Notes: generated from the letters alone by a model not told the origin. Counted from the first letter of the whole stretch, positions 11,663 through 23,021 are shown. The stretch is 63,982 nt of DNA, filler included, from Thraustochytrium aureum (GCA_012862495.1; 4 parts of 3 records of this genome joined end to end with filler, not necessarily neighbours in it), one strand, 5' to 3'. Program-made: numbers and translations.

Positions 11663-13378
11663 CTAGGGCCGAAGTTCAGGCCCGTTCGTCCGAGAAATGC
11701 AAATCCAGCGATGGCGTCGAAGGTCCCGAGCAACGGAAACGCCAGCTTCGCTTTCGCCTGGCTCGGCAGAGTCGCTCAAGAGCAGACGGCCCTGGAAAAC
11801 CCGAATGCGCCGCCACCTGCACCAACACTCGTCGTCGCTCTCCCGCACGAACAGCTGGCAGGAAGCTTCATCTCTTATCGAGGCGCAGAACGCTCTGCAC
11901 GTTGGCTTGGTAGGAGACACGCTGGGGCGGGACGACGGCGCTGTCGTCGGTGACCGACTCGGTTTGCTGGTCGGCGTCCGCGTCGGCGTCTGTGACGGCG
12001 CTGTAGACGGCGACGGCGACGGGGCGAGCGTGGGGCTAGGAGTTGGCGGCGGCTCGAGGACCAACGTCGTCCGAGAGGTTCCAGCGGGCCACGGCCTGTT
12101 TCGAGGAACTTGGAGCTCGTCTGCGACCCTTGCGTGCGCCACCTTGAGAAGCGCCGCAGACGACTTTGAGTTTGGGAAGGCTTGCCTCACGAGCGACAAA
12201 AGCCCGGCCCCAATGACTGCAGGGGAGGAGGAAAAAAGGTGCAAAGCCACGGTGCTACCGGCGACACCGGCGATATGCTGCCCGCCTGGCAAAACGGCAT
12301 CGACGCACTTCCCTATGCGGGACTGCTCCCAGAAGCCATCTTCGATGTCCAAAGCCCCAACCGTGAACGTGTGCTCCGAGCGGCTCGGCGAAAAGTTGCA
12401 AGCATCGAACTCGAGTGGGTCCTCAGCGTCGCGAACACGACCGGCCGGCACCACGATAACAAACCCTGCCTTGGCTGCGTCCTGCATGAGTCTATCCACG
12501 GCCGGGTTTGCTCGCGTTGAGAGGCTAAAGCTTAGCGTCCCGGTGCGCGGCCCCCTCTTGGCCCGGCGCCGTTTAGCGAGGTCTGCGATAGCCCAGTTGA
12601 ACCCGGCGAGCACGTCGCTGAATGCGACCGTGCCAAAGCCGCGGGCCACCTTGACGCTAATAATCTCAGCGTCGTGCAAAAACCCGCATGTGCGCCCGAC
12701 CAGGTGGCTCGCGGCGAGTGTCCCATGACCAACGCGGTCCTCGAAAGTGCCGTCTACAGAGAAGCCGTCAGTCACCCGCGAGGTGCTTGTCGCCATCTCG
12801 GCATGTGTTCGGTTTACTCCTGTGTCAACGAGGTAGATAACTTCGCCTGCCGCGTCCCATTGGCCAGCGTACCCGTCCAGCGGGAGCTGTGCTTGATTGA
12901 TCCTGTCTAATGGCCACGAAGGGTGGCGAATGCAGTCGTCCCCTTCCGACGACTTGCCGTGGCTGCGCGCCCGCGCACTGCGGAACGCGCCGCGAGCCCC
13001 AAGGGGAGCATCCTCTCCTACTAGCTGCTCGTCACGATCTTGCAGTGTGGGGTCCAGGTCCATGCTGAAGTCCTCGAAGGCATCCAATACCCTGAGGTGC
13101 TCCTGCTCGTGCAAAAGCGCCTCCCACTCTGGTGACGCAGCGACCACTGTGTGGCTTGGGCTCGAGTACACGACCTCGACGATGTCTTCGCCAAGCCGGC
13201 GCCGCGTTTCGCGGTCTACAATCGCGTCGCGGCTCAAGCGGCCTTCGAGAGTGACAAGCACGCGAGGGAGGCCGCGAGGCGCGGACGGCGCTTGCGACGG
13301 CCGTGCCGCGGCTGTCTCAGCACAAGCCGCCGCAGCCGCAGCCACCGCCGCAACCCGCGCGAGCAAAACGNGGCCCAT
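11663..13378 (-). CDS. Secreted subtilisin-like (S8, proteinase K type) protein with Pro/Thr/Ser stalk and small Cys-rich C-terminus; active site partly degenerate
   Basis: Signal peptide, propeptide, SWPLDRINQ, YLVDTG (Asp), GHGT (His), DACNFSPS, TVGA, GKCVD and PTPSPT repeats. GTSMA and AAGN motifs are not intact. Confidence 0.85.
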   Translation of the reverse strand: MGXVLLARVAAVAAAAAACAETAAARPSQAPSAPRGLPRVLVTLEGRLSRDAIVDRETRRRLGEDIVEVVYSSPSHTVVAASPEWEALLHEQEHLRVLDAFEDFSMDLDPTLQDRDEQLVGEDAPLGARGAFRSARARSHGKSSEGDDCIRHPSWPLDRINQAQLPLDGYAGQWDAAGEVIYLVDTGVNRTHAEMATSTSRVTDGFSVDGTFEDRVGHGTLAASHLVGRTCGFLHDAEIISVKVARGFGTVAFSDVLAGFNWAIADLAKRRRAKRGPRTGTLSFSLSTRANPAVDRLMQDAAKAGFVIVVPAGRVRDAEDPLEFDACNFSPSRSEHTFTVGALDIEDGFWEQSRIGKCVDAVLPGGQHIAGVAGSTVALHLFSSSPAVIGAGLLSLVRQAFPNSKSSAALLKVAHARVADELQVPRNRPWPAGTSRTTLVLEPPPTPSPTLAPSPSPSTAPSQTPTRTPTSKPSRSPTTAPSSRPSVSPTKPTCRAFCASIRDEASCQLFVRESDDECWCRWRRIRVFQGRLLLSDSAEPGESEAGVSVARDLRRHRWICISRTNGPELRP

Positions 13379-13844
13379 TCTGGCGCGTCCGCCCGTCCGG
13401 CGCTCTCGCGCCGCGAAAGCGGAGGGATCGCTTGATTGACCGTCGGCCGCCGTGTGTGCTGTGTGATCTATCGTCTCGCTGGCGATCCTCGCTGGCGATC
13501 CTCGCGGCCTGCGCGCGTGGCTCCTGCAGGCGCTGCGCAGGCGCGACTGCGTTGTAGTTCTGGTGTGCGTCGGGCTGACCCGTTACACGACGACGACCCG
13601 AGACGCAAAACAGCAGAGCAAAAAAGTGTCCACTTTCTTGCCTTCTTCTTGGAAGTTGATTGGTGCACAACCGCTTGCCTGCCGCGCAGCGACCCGGAGG
13701 AGGAGGAGAGCGAGCGCAAGTGCTCCACACGCTCGCTCTGGCACCGCGCGCAGTGCCCTCCTTGCTCTGCCACTGGAGTCGGGGCGCACTCCAACCAACT
13801 CTGGCGCCTGGACAAGCGCGTCTGTCGAGTACTAGCCGGTAGAA

Positions 13845-13917
13845 GCCCAGCCAGCCAATAGCCAGCCAATAGCCAGCCAGCCAGCCAGCCAGCGAGAAGC
13901 CAGCCAGCCAGCGAGCG
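13845..13917. repeat. (GCCA)n-type microsatellite
   Basis: gccagccaatagccagccaatagccagccagccagccagccagc... Confidence 0.85.
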
Positions 13918-14110
13918 ACAAGCCGGGCCCGGCACCGCACAACTGACCCGCCCCGAGCGCCAGCACAAAAAAAGCGAGCGATTGCACGACGTTGCAAGCA
14001 AAGTTAGGCCTATCCATTCGTTCGGCCGTCAAGAAGGTCCCCGACGCGCTGTCGTCCCGCACGGCAGCGAAACCGCGGGGCAAATTGGGCAAACCGACTC
14101 GTTTCCCTGC

Positions 14111-14252
14111 AGCACAGGCAAGCAAAAGCACAAGCAAGCACAGGCAAGCACAAGCACAAGCAAGCACAGGCACAGGAAGCACAAGCAAGCACAGGCACAG
14201 GAAGCACAAGCAAGCACAGGCAAGCACAAGCACAAGCACAGGCAAGCACAAG
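14111..14252. repeat. Compound GCACAA/GCACAG/GCAA minisatellite (no T on the + strand)
   Basis: Directly visible tandem units; they generate the spurious ACACAC/LVLA ORFs. Confidence 0.9.
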
Positions 14253-14662
14253 CCACCCCGGCGCAGGCGCACTCGCATGGCGTACGTTTCCCGCCGCGGC
14301 GCGCGCCACCGGGGACATCCATCGATCGATCGATCGCCAACGAACATCAACGGCTGCGAGTCCCTCCCTTTCCCCTCTCGGACCAACTATATTTTAAATA
14401 ATCCGGCGCTACCTGTGTTCCTATTGTATTCCAGCACCGGATAAATAAAAAGAATTAAGATACGCCGACACACAAATGATGTCAGCTTGCGTGAATGTGT
14501 TTTTTTTGTGGGATGTGCACGTGGCGCTGGCAGACGCCGAGCTGCAGCCGCAGGGCTGGAGGCGGCCGGGACGCAGTACGGCTGCCTGCCCAGGATCGTC
14601 TCGCGGCGAGGACGGGCTGGCTGACGGCCGCTGCGCGCGCGCGCGGCGGTGGAAGAGTGGAA

Positions 14663-15588
14663 ATGGCAAGTTTTGCCACCTTGGACAATGACACGCCGGG
14701 CTCGGCGAGGCAGCTGCACCGGGACAGAGGCGAGTGGCTGCGCAACCCGCGGCTTCGCGCTTTCTTTGCCGGGACCGTGTCGAGCGGCAGCCCGGTGAGC
14801 AAGCTTGCGAACACTGCCAACGTGCTCGAGATTATTTTCAAGATGGTGCTCGACATGTGGGCGGCTCACATCGAGCCTCCTTCGCAAAAGTGGCCAGCAT
14901 GATCTGGCCGGTCGGAGCGCTCGTGTTCCCTGCGCCGCGCAGAATCAATGTCAACATGATGCCGATCGACCCGCGTGACAAGAACACGCTTCCCAACTTC
15001 CTCAAACACTACTGGCCTCTGGTTCGACGCGCCAAGGCAAAGGCTAGCGGGGTAGCGTACCTCACGATCCGGGAAGGGTTTGTCAGGAAGGGAGCATCGC
15101 AGAGTCGGAAAGGCATCCACACGGAGAGCCCAGGGTCGATCTCAATGGGGGGTTCCGAGCTCGGGCGCGTCGTGACATGGGGCGGGGGGGTCTCCTCTGT
15201 GCTCGTCCAGGAGGGAATTGTTATGGCATCAAACATAGCAGGATCCACTCGCGTGTGGAACTGCTTGATCTCTGGACTGCCAGAAGTAGCCGGCGAGCAT
15301 GGCGACCTTGAGCACCTCCGAGGGGTCCTTGGCAGCAAGCAAGAGCTCAATGTCCCCGCGAACACGTTTGTATGGCTGACCGACCACACGCCGCACGAAT
15401 CGGTCCCTTTACAGGAGGATGCGTACAGGCAGTACTTTCGGCTGGTCGTAGGCCCAGTCTCGGTATGGTACGCCAAGCACTCGACGCCAAACCCGACTGG
15501 CTTCCCGCTCCCCGATGGTGTCGTCGTGATTGACGAAGACAAGTTTGCCCGACGGCGGCGAACTCCCCCCTCACGGAGGAAAAGCTGA
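14663..15588 (+). CDS. Uncharacterised protein with putative 2OG-Fe(II) dioxygenase-like (DSBH) motifs; apparent frameshift near 14885
   Basis: FPAP..INVNMMP, YLTI.E..V.KG.SQ.RKGIHTESPG, MASN, GDLEHLR, WLTDHTPHES and RQYFRLV give an HxE...H...R pattern. The N-terminal frame (ATG 14663) ends at 14902. Confidence 0.7.
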
Positions 15589-15699
15589 ATTAGACCGATC
15601 AAGCTGTCCGATCTATGTCCTATGTGAACGTTCGTGGCACGCACTTGGTGGTCCAAAGCGCGATGAGCGCTCGGTGAGCGCTACATCTCTAGAGCAACG

Positions 15700-17218
15700 A
15701 TGGGCCCCAAGCGCGATGAGCGCTCGGCAAAGCGCCAACATCTAGAAACGATGGAGGCCGACCAGTTTGCCGCCACTGTCCCGCCTGTTGCCACCACCGT
15801 GTCGCCCGTTGCCGCCGCCCTCCCGCCCGTCGACTCCCCGCCGCCGCCTGTTGCAGTGATCATTGCCGCGCACAACGCTGCAGCCTTTCTGCGAGAGTGT
15901 CTGGCGTCTATCCGCGCACAGACCTACGCGGGGCACATCAACATTTCGATCCACGTGGACGGCGCAACCGACAACTCGGAGCAAGTGTGCCGCGAGTGCA
16001 TGGCGCTCTTTGAGGACGACGAGCGCTTCAGCGTGCTCATTTCGAGCTCCGCCGTGGCACGCGGCGCTGGCCCGGCCCGAAACCGCGCGATAGAGCAGTG
16101 CACTGCTGAGTATTTGTGCATTCAAGATGCCGACGACGTCATGGAGCCAGAGCGCATCCAGCTGCAGATGGAGGCCTGCAAGGCGCACCCAGACGCAATT
16201 GTCGGGTCCAGATTCGCTCGAATCCCTGAAGATGCTACTGTGCGCTACNNNNNNNNNNNNNNNNNNNNNNNNNNNNNNNNNNNNNNNNNNNNNNNNNNNN
16301 NNNNNNNNNNNNNNNNNNNNNNNNNNNNNNNNNNNNNNNNNNNNNNNNNNNNNNNNNNNNNNNNNNNNNNNNNNNNNNNNNNNNNNNNNNNNNNNNNNNN
16401 NNNNNNNNNNNNNNNNNNNNNNNNNNNNNNNNNNNNNNNNNNNNNNNNNNNNNNNNNNNNNNNNNNNNNNNNNNNNNNNNNNNNNNNNNNNNNNNNNNNN
16501 NNNNNNNNNNNNNNNNNNNNCTCGTCCTGCAACGGTTCCGCGAGCTTACTTTGATCCAGCCGCGTGGTTTATGCGGCGAAAGCTTTGGTCCCGGGTCGGC
16601 GGGTACCCCGAAACTGCAGATATTTCGCTCGACTTGCAGCCGCGCTCCGATTCCGGCTGTCTGGCAGAGGGCGCGACAAGCACGGTTTCTGCCGCAGGCC
16701 CAGTCCTTGCGGAAGACCTGCGATTCTTTTACAAGCACATCGCTGCATGTGAGGGCGAAGGCGGCTTTGCGATCCTGTCGCCGGGCGGCGGGAACAAGCG
16801 TTGCCTCTTTGTGGTTGACAAGCCGCTCTTGAGCTACCGCCACTCGAGCGCTTCGACGAGCTGGCGGACGCCTCGAAAGCTCCTGTTTCAGATCAAGGCG
16901 CAGGCCTTGGAGGCCTCGGTGCTTTGTCGTTGGGACGGCTTTACGATTTGGGGTGCCGGCCGCGACGGCAAGGACCTCGTCAAGATGATCTCCCAGGGGG
17001 CGCGGCGCAAGGTCTTGGCAATGTGCGACATCGACCCGAAGAAAATTCAGAATGGGTACAAGAATCCGTCGCTGGGCTGCGCGATTCCGGTTGTACACTT
17101 TTCGCAGGCCAAACCGCCCCTAGTCTGCTGCGTGGCGATGGACCGCGGGGGCGAGTTCGAGGCCAACCTAGCGTCGCTGGGCCTCAAGCAGGGGGTCGAC
17201 TACGTGCAGTTCTCGTAG
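15700..17218 (+). CDS. B3GNTL1: GT2 glycosyltransferase, B3GNTL1/QTGAL (queuosine-tRNA galactosyltransferase)-like; internal gap and a frameshift near 16560
   Basis: VIIAAHNAA.FL.ECL.S, ARNRAI, DADD, IVGSRF.R.P..AT.RY, AEDLRFFY, FTIWGAG..GK, MCDIDPKKI, IPVVHF..AKPP...CV and FEANL.SL.L..GVDY. Confidence 0.85.
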
Positions 17219-17406
17219 GCCTCCCTCCGTCGAGCAAGTTCGAGCCGCGCGCTGCCCCAACTTCTGGGATTTGATTTCCAGTTGAATTGTCTTCGCAGTG
17301 CGTTTGGATTTCGCGCAACCGGAGGTCGTCTCGCGCCTGCAGGAGCCACGGCTAGCTGCCATGGCTGCCATGGCCTCGGGGCGCCTCCAGAGCTTTGTGA
17401 CGCGCG

Positions 17407-17953
17407 CTACAATATCGCGTTGGAAAGAGTTCCAATGCCCTCCAACGACACGTCTACCCTGTCAGTCGGCTGCAAATACATCGGCGGATCGCGCGTAAAG
17501 CCAACGCCTTCGGGAGTGCCCGTGAGGATGACAGTCCAAGGAAGCAGCGTTGTGCCTTGCGACATGAAGGAGATGAGCTCGGCGATCGAAAATATCATGT
17601 CGGAGGTGCTCGAGTCCTGCACGACTTGAGCGACTCCGCCACGCGTAAAGGTCGTCGTGATCCGCACGTCTTGCCCCCAGTCGGGCAGCATGCCCGGCGG
17701 CACGAGCGCCGGCCCCAGGGGAAGGAAGCTGTCGAAACTCTTGCTTCGGCTCCATTGCTTGCTTTGCTTGATGCCTTGCCAGCGGCGCGCAGTCACATCG
17801 TTGGCGGCGCACATCCCGAGCACATAGTCCAGCGCGTTCTCCGGCAGCACGTCCTTGCAAGGCCGGCCAATGACGATTGCGAGCTCGCCCTCATAGTCCA
17901 TCTCGTCCTTGCACACCGCAGGTGTCTCAATGGGGTCGAACGGCCCGGTGATC
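17407..17953 (-). CDS. Fumarylacetoacetate hydrolase family protein (FAHD2-like), 5' truncated at the scaffold end
   Basis: DYEGELAIVIG, ANDVTAR.WQ, WSRSKSFDSF.PLGP, DMIFSIAELISFMSQG.TL.P..VILTGTPEGVG and GIGTL.N. Confidence 0.93.
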
Positions 17954-18053
17954 NNNNNNNNNNNNNNNNNNNNNNNNNNNNNNNNNNNNNNNNNNNNTTA
18001 ATTAATTAANNNNNNNNNNNNNNNNNNNNNNNNNNNNNNNNNNNNNNNNNNNN
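17954..18053. other. Artificial scaffold spacer N44-TTAATTAATTAA-N44
   Basis: Six-frame stop linker at 17998-18009, symmetrically padded with N. Confidence 0.97.
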
Positions 18054-18993
18054 AAAAATTCGAGTCTGCCGCGCTCGCTTCGCTTCCTCCTTGGCGAACG
18101 CCAATAGCAGCGCCCGTGGCAATCAGTGTTTCGGGCTCTCTTCGGCGAGGCAGTCCCCTCGTCCCTTTTTGGAGCGCAATCGGCACCAGCCATCCCGCCC
18201 CACGATCAGATCAGTTGGCCATTTGAATCGCCCCTGCCCGGACTCGCTCCGTTTCAAGAAACGTTGTCGCCACGCTCGAAGCTAGGCGTACAAGTCGTGG
18301 CACCTCGACGATTTTCAGCGCAGCGCCCGGAGCGCGGTGCCCGTGGCAAAAGCAGCGACCATCCGGCACGCTCACTGCCGCCACATTCGCTTTCGGCAAG
18401 CAAGCCAGGCATTGTGCCAGCGAGGCCTTCGCAGTACTCGTGCAGCTACTGAGCGCAGCAGCCGCTCAACTCGCCTTGGCCCACAAAGCTGAAATGCGAG
18501 GGGCGCCGCGGGCCGGCAACGAAGCCAGCTAGCATGACGCAGGCTGTCCCGGGCTGGCTGGATAGCGGGCTGGCTGGATGAGCCTTGTGAATAATTGCTG
18601 GACGCAAAGTGCATGCAACGGTACCAACGGTACTCTCGAGGGTCATTCCACTCGCGATGGAAACAACGCCAGACCCCATCTCTGCCCACGGAACGAGGCG
18701 AGCCAGACGCGGACGGAGACCTCCACCAAGTCCAGGAGCTGCACGCAGATCGCAGCTGGTGATGGTATAGGTCGCGGTTGCTGCGGAGAATAGGGTCCGG
18801 CGGGGCCGAATCCACGAGGCGACGTTTTGGCCCAGATCACGCGACCGCCGCCCTCGCAGCTGTCGCGCCCCCGCTGCTCGCAAGCGCTTCACGGCGGATC
18901 TCGATCGATTGATACCGGCGTCAATCGGGCCGGTAGAGGGGCTGGCTGGCTAGCCGGGCTGAGGGGAGCGAGAGAGAGGCAAGAACCCAAGCC

Positions 18994-21900
18994 ATGGGCC
19001 ACGAGAATGACGCCCTGCCGGAGTGGGTCGAGGTGTTTGACCCCGCCTCGAACAGTTTCTACTTTTGGAACCAGAGGACGTTTGAAAGCCAATGGGAAGC
19101 GCCTGCAGGCTGGTCAAAGCCCGACTACACCAAGATCCGCCAGCTCATGGCCCCTGAGCTGAAAGCCGCAATCATGCTCCAGAACGCCTTCAGGGCCAAG
19201 CAAGCCCGGTCGACCGTGCGCAAGCAGCGCGGCATGACCATGAAGGATCTTGGGAGCTCGGACGCGAACGGGTGGCAAAAGCTCAACGACCCTGCCTCCG
19301 GGTTTGACTACTTTTACAACTCAAGAACTGGCGAGATGAGTTGGGACCCGCCCACGGACGCCGTCGCTCAGGCTTGCCTGCTGCGATCCCCGAAGAAGAG
19401 GAGGAACCTGACGATGTCAAGGCGGACAGCGGCGCTGATGGCGACAAGATAGATAGCGGCGCTGGTGACGTCAAGGCAGATAGCATCGCTGGTGCCTGGT
19501 GCGCCGCCGTCGACGAGGAGACCGGCGCAACGTACTATTTCAACCAACTGACCGGCGAGGCAACCTGGGAAATCCCGTCAGGCGTCGATGCGGCCGCACT
19601 GGCCGGCTCGGCGGCAAACATGGGTGATGATCGGGCGACTGAACTCAAAGAAAAAATGAAGGCCGCCCTCGAAGGCAAGCTCAGGAAGCTTGCCCCAGAA
19701 ATGGTCGCCCGCATGCGCAAGGCCCGAGAGGAGCAAAAGGCCGCCGAGTCACTGGTCACACGTCGCTGGTGCGAGGCTTACGACCCGGCGAGCGAAGCAT
19801 TCTACTACTACGACGTCGACAGCTTCGAGACGGTCTGGGAGAAGCCAAGCGACTTTGTGATGGCGGCCAGCGACGAACTGCTTCGCGCGACGCTCATGTT
19901 GCAAGGGGTATTCCGAGCCCGGCTAGCCAAACAGCAAACGCGAAAGCTGCGCGCTTCGAACGTTGCCGCTGCGCTTGAGGGGTGCAGCGCCACGTGGATA
20001 CAGCTCGAAGAGAATGGCTCGCCTTTCTTTTACAACAGGGAGACGCGGGCTGTGCAATGGGAGGCGCCCCCAAGCGATCAACAAGTGTTTGCTGCATCGC
20101 CGTCCGCAGCGCCAGCGGGCCAGAAGGCCAACAAAAAGACTAGCGAGCACCCAATAGAGCGCAGTGCCTCGAAGGAACCCCAAGTATGCGTTGAGGAGGG
20201 CCCGTTCCTCGCCTCGGGGCAGCACACGACAGACTCTGGGCAAGCCGAAAGCCCTCACTCAAGCGCCGTACACTCAAGCGCCGTAAGATCTGGTGCGGAA
20301 GCGGCTCAAGTCGAGCCTGTTGCAATTGCTCACGACTTGCTCGGGCGCGAAGCCAAGGAGACAGAGGAAAAGGTAGAGCGAAGCGACTCAGTCGCTGAGC
20401 AGGCGGTTTCGGCGACGAGTGCGAGCGCCACTTGCAGAGTTCAACCCGTGGAGTCAGAGCCGACAGAGCAGTCTGAAAGTGAATGCGAGACGAAAGCGGG
20501 ACGAAAAGAGGTGCCGAAACCAGGATCGCCACGCTCCGAAACCGCGTCTGATCGCCCAAACATCGACCCCACTGTACAGGAGCGCTCTGCTGCACCAAGA
20601 CCAACGGAGCGAGACCCGATTGAGCCCACCCCCCAACCCGAGGCGCAAGTGGGTTCCGTTCGAAGTGCGTCTCCGCAGGGCAGTGCCCCCGCAAAAACGT
20701 CGGCAGGAGGCGCGTTTCGCTCGAACGGCTCAATCCGAGCCGAGAAGAACAAACAGTTCCAAGAAGAGGTGAAAATGCGCCAGCTCGAGGCGTTCAGGGC
20801 TGCGCTTGCGGTGGTCAAACTCAACCTCGAGGTATGCAAGCAGCGGCTTGTGCAGGCCAAGCAAGCCTCGCGCCGCACCGAGTCGGCCGTCGCCAAGTCC
20901 GATCAAGCTTTGCTTGCGAAGATTCGCAATGTGACCCAGTCCTTCCGCGTTGCCGAGCTTGCAGTGCGAGAAGCCGTAGAAGACCACGCGGCTGCGGCTG
21001 CTGTGGTCCAGACGAGCGAGGCAAGCGGACAAGGGGATGCCCTGAGCAAAGCGGCGTTGGAAAAGGCCTCCAAGTCCTGCGTGTTCGCTGAAGCACAGCT
21101 TCTCGTCGCAGTGCGGTCTTTCTTCAGCATCCACACCTCCAGGATGAGCAGCGTCGAGGAATCGCTCGTCCGCGTGCAACAAAGGGCGCGCGACCAAAAC
21201 CTAGACAAGTCCCGCAGCTTGCAGAGGCGGATTGAACAGTGCAAAGCCAAAGTCCGCGAGGCGGTCATCCGTATCAAGCACGTCGAGGTATACGCGCAGC
21301 GCAATTTCGTCACCGAGGCGGTGCAACAGGAGCGGCATGCCGCAGCCCAGAAAATTCTGAACGCTTCTCGCTCTGTTGAACAGTTGCCCGCAGAAAACGC
21401 TGTCGAAGCCGTGGACACATTGGAGGAGCGCCACTACGAGAGGACCTTTGCAGAAACCATCGCGGCAGTCGGGGACGTCGGGGATGACTTTGAGACAGAG
21501 CTCGGCTTTATTCTCGACCGCTTCGCCGGGTCTTCGCCGTGGTGGCCGACCTACAACGGGGCCATTCGAGGCTGCCAAGAGGCCGTTGCCGACGTTGAAG
21601 CGCTCGACGGATTCATCCTTGGAATGGCCGAGCGGGTCAATCAAGAGCGCGAATCGCGCCAAATGCTTGCAGAGGAGGCTTTTCAACGTGCGCACAATGC
21701 GGCTCGGCAGGGCCTGGCCTACGAACTTGAGTGCAGGAGAAGCTTTGTCGCTCTGTGCCGAGAGAAGTGGGCCAAAGGCCTTTCGCTCCGCGACTCGGAC
21801 AGTCGAGTTGAGGGGTCCAGCGCTCGGGCGAACCATGTGCCTGACGCGGGGGCGCGTCAGAGCGGCCCACTCGGTCGTCGCCTGCCCAACAAGTCCCTGG

Positions 21901-22600
21901 TGCGCGACGATATCTTTCGGTCGCCATGGGAGGCTTGCCAAACGTCCTGTTCGCTCGACGCGTTCAAGGAGTGTCTAGAGCAAGCGCGGAAGCGGCGAGT
22001 CAACCAGGAGAACCGGCCGTTCAGCATTGACCTTCCAGATGCGCGCTCTGGCCGCATCCTCTTGCACACTGCGTGCTGGTTTGGACGACTCGATATTGTG
22101 CAGTTCCTCCTCGACTGCGGCGCCAATCCAAACGCAATCCGCAGCAGAACTGACCCAACCACTGCGCTCCACATCGCCGCGCGGGCCAAGCGGAGTGACA
22201 TTGCGGAAGCTTTGCTTCGTGCGGGTGCCTCTGTTTGCGCCCAAGACGTTGCGGGCGACACGGCACTTCATTGGGCCTGCCGGTCCGAGTCGCTTGCATG
22301 TGTGCGGACTCTCCTCGACTGGGCTGCAGGCGTGGACCAGGGCAGCCCGGGCAACTCGAAGTCAGCCAAGCCTCGTGGCGGGCCAACGTTTTGGCAGCTT
22401 GTCTCGACAACCAACGACCGTAACCGACCCCGTCGGAGCTGCTTCCTCGCACGACATCGGACAGCGAAGACGCTGCCCTGTCGTACACCGGCCAGCGGAT
22501 CCACGGCCTGCTGCGGGACTTGGAGGTGGAGGCGCAAGGTCACCTCACAGCGGGCGAGCTCGCCCGCCCGTTGCGGCCTGCGCTGCTCTCAAGCAACTAG
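18994..22600 (+). CDS. Multi-WW / IQ / coiled-coil / ankyrin-repeat protein; apparent frameshifts near 19370 and 22428
   Basis: About five WW domains (e.g. EWVEVFDPASNSFYFWNQRTFESQWEAP, AWCAAVDEETGATYYFNQLTGEATWEIP), two IQ motifs (LQNAFRAKQAR, LQGVFRARLAK) and ankyrins (LLHTACWFG, TALHIAA, GDTALHWAC). The shifted frame gives PSELL...SSN* at 22600; the 3' end is uncertain. Confidence 0.82.
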
Positions 22601-23021
22601 CTGGCCAAGATTTCGGAGGCTCTGGGCGGCCGTCGCTCGCTCCCGGGTTGCTCTGCTCCGGTCCCCGGCGTTGGCGTCCTGGAGGGCGCGCCAAGGCGGC
22701 AGCGGTGGAAGAAAATGATGATGGTCTATCTTCCTTCCACTAGGTCTTGTCTTGTCTTGATTGAAGAAGCCTCTATTGTTGCAGAGCGCAATGCCGTGGT
22801 TCGCATGCGCATCACGATGCGCTGCCCGCCCCGGCCGCGTCCCGCGCCAGACAGGTCAATGCGGTGCGAGTCATGTCATGCAAAGTACGCGCCACGAAAC
22901 GGGCTAGTAGCGCTGCGAAGCTGCCTTTGTTCATGATTCGCAGCGCATCCGCCCGCCGAGACGGCCAGAGCCCGGTGAAAAGACAAGGGCTCGCGAGTGC
23001 GGCAGGCACGCAGGCACTGCG

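Noticed and set aside
13832..14444. ORFs with ACACAC / QAQAST / KHKHR repeats
   Set aside because: These are translations of a minisatellite, open in all frames because the + strand lacks T.
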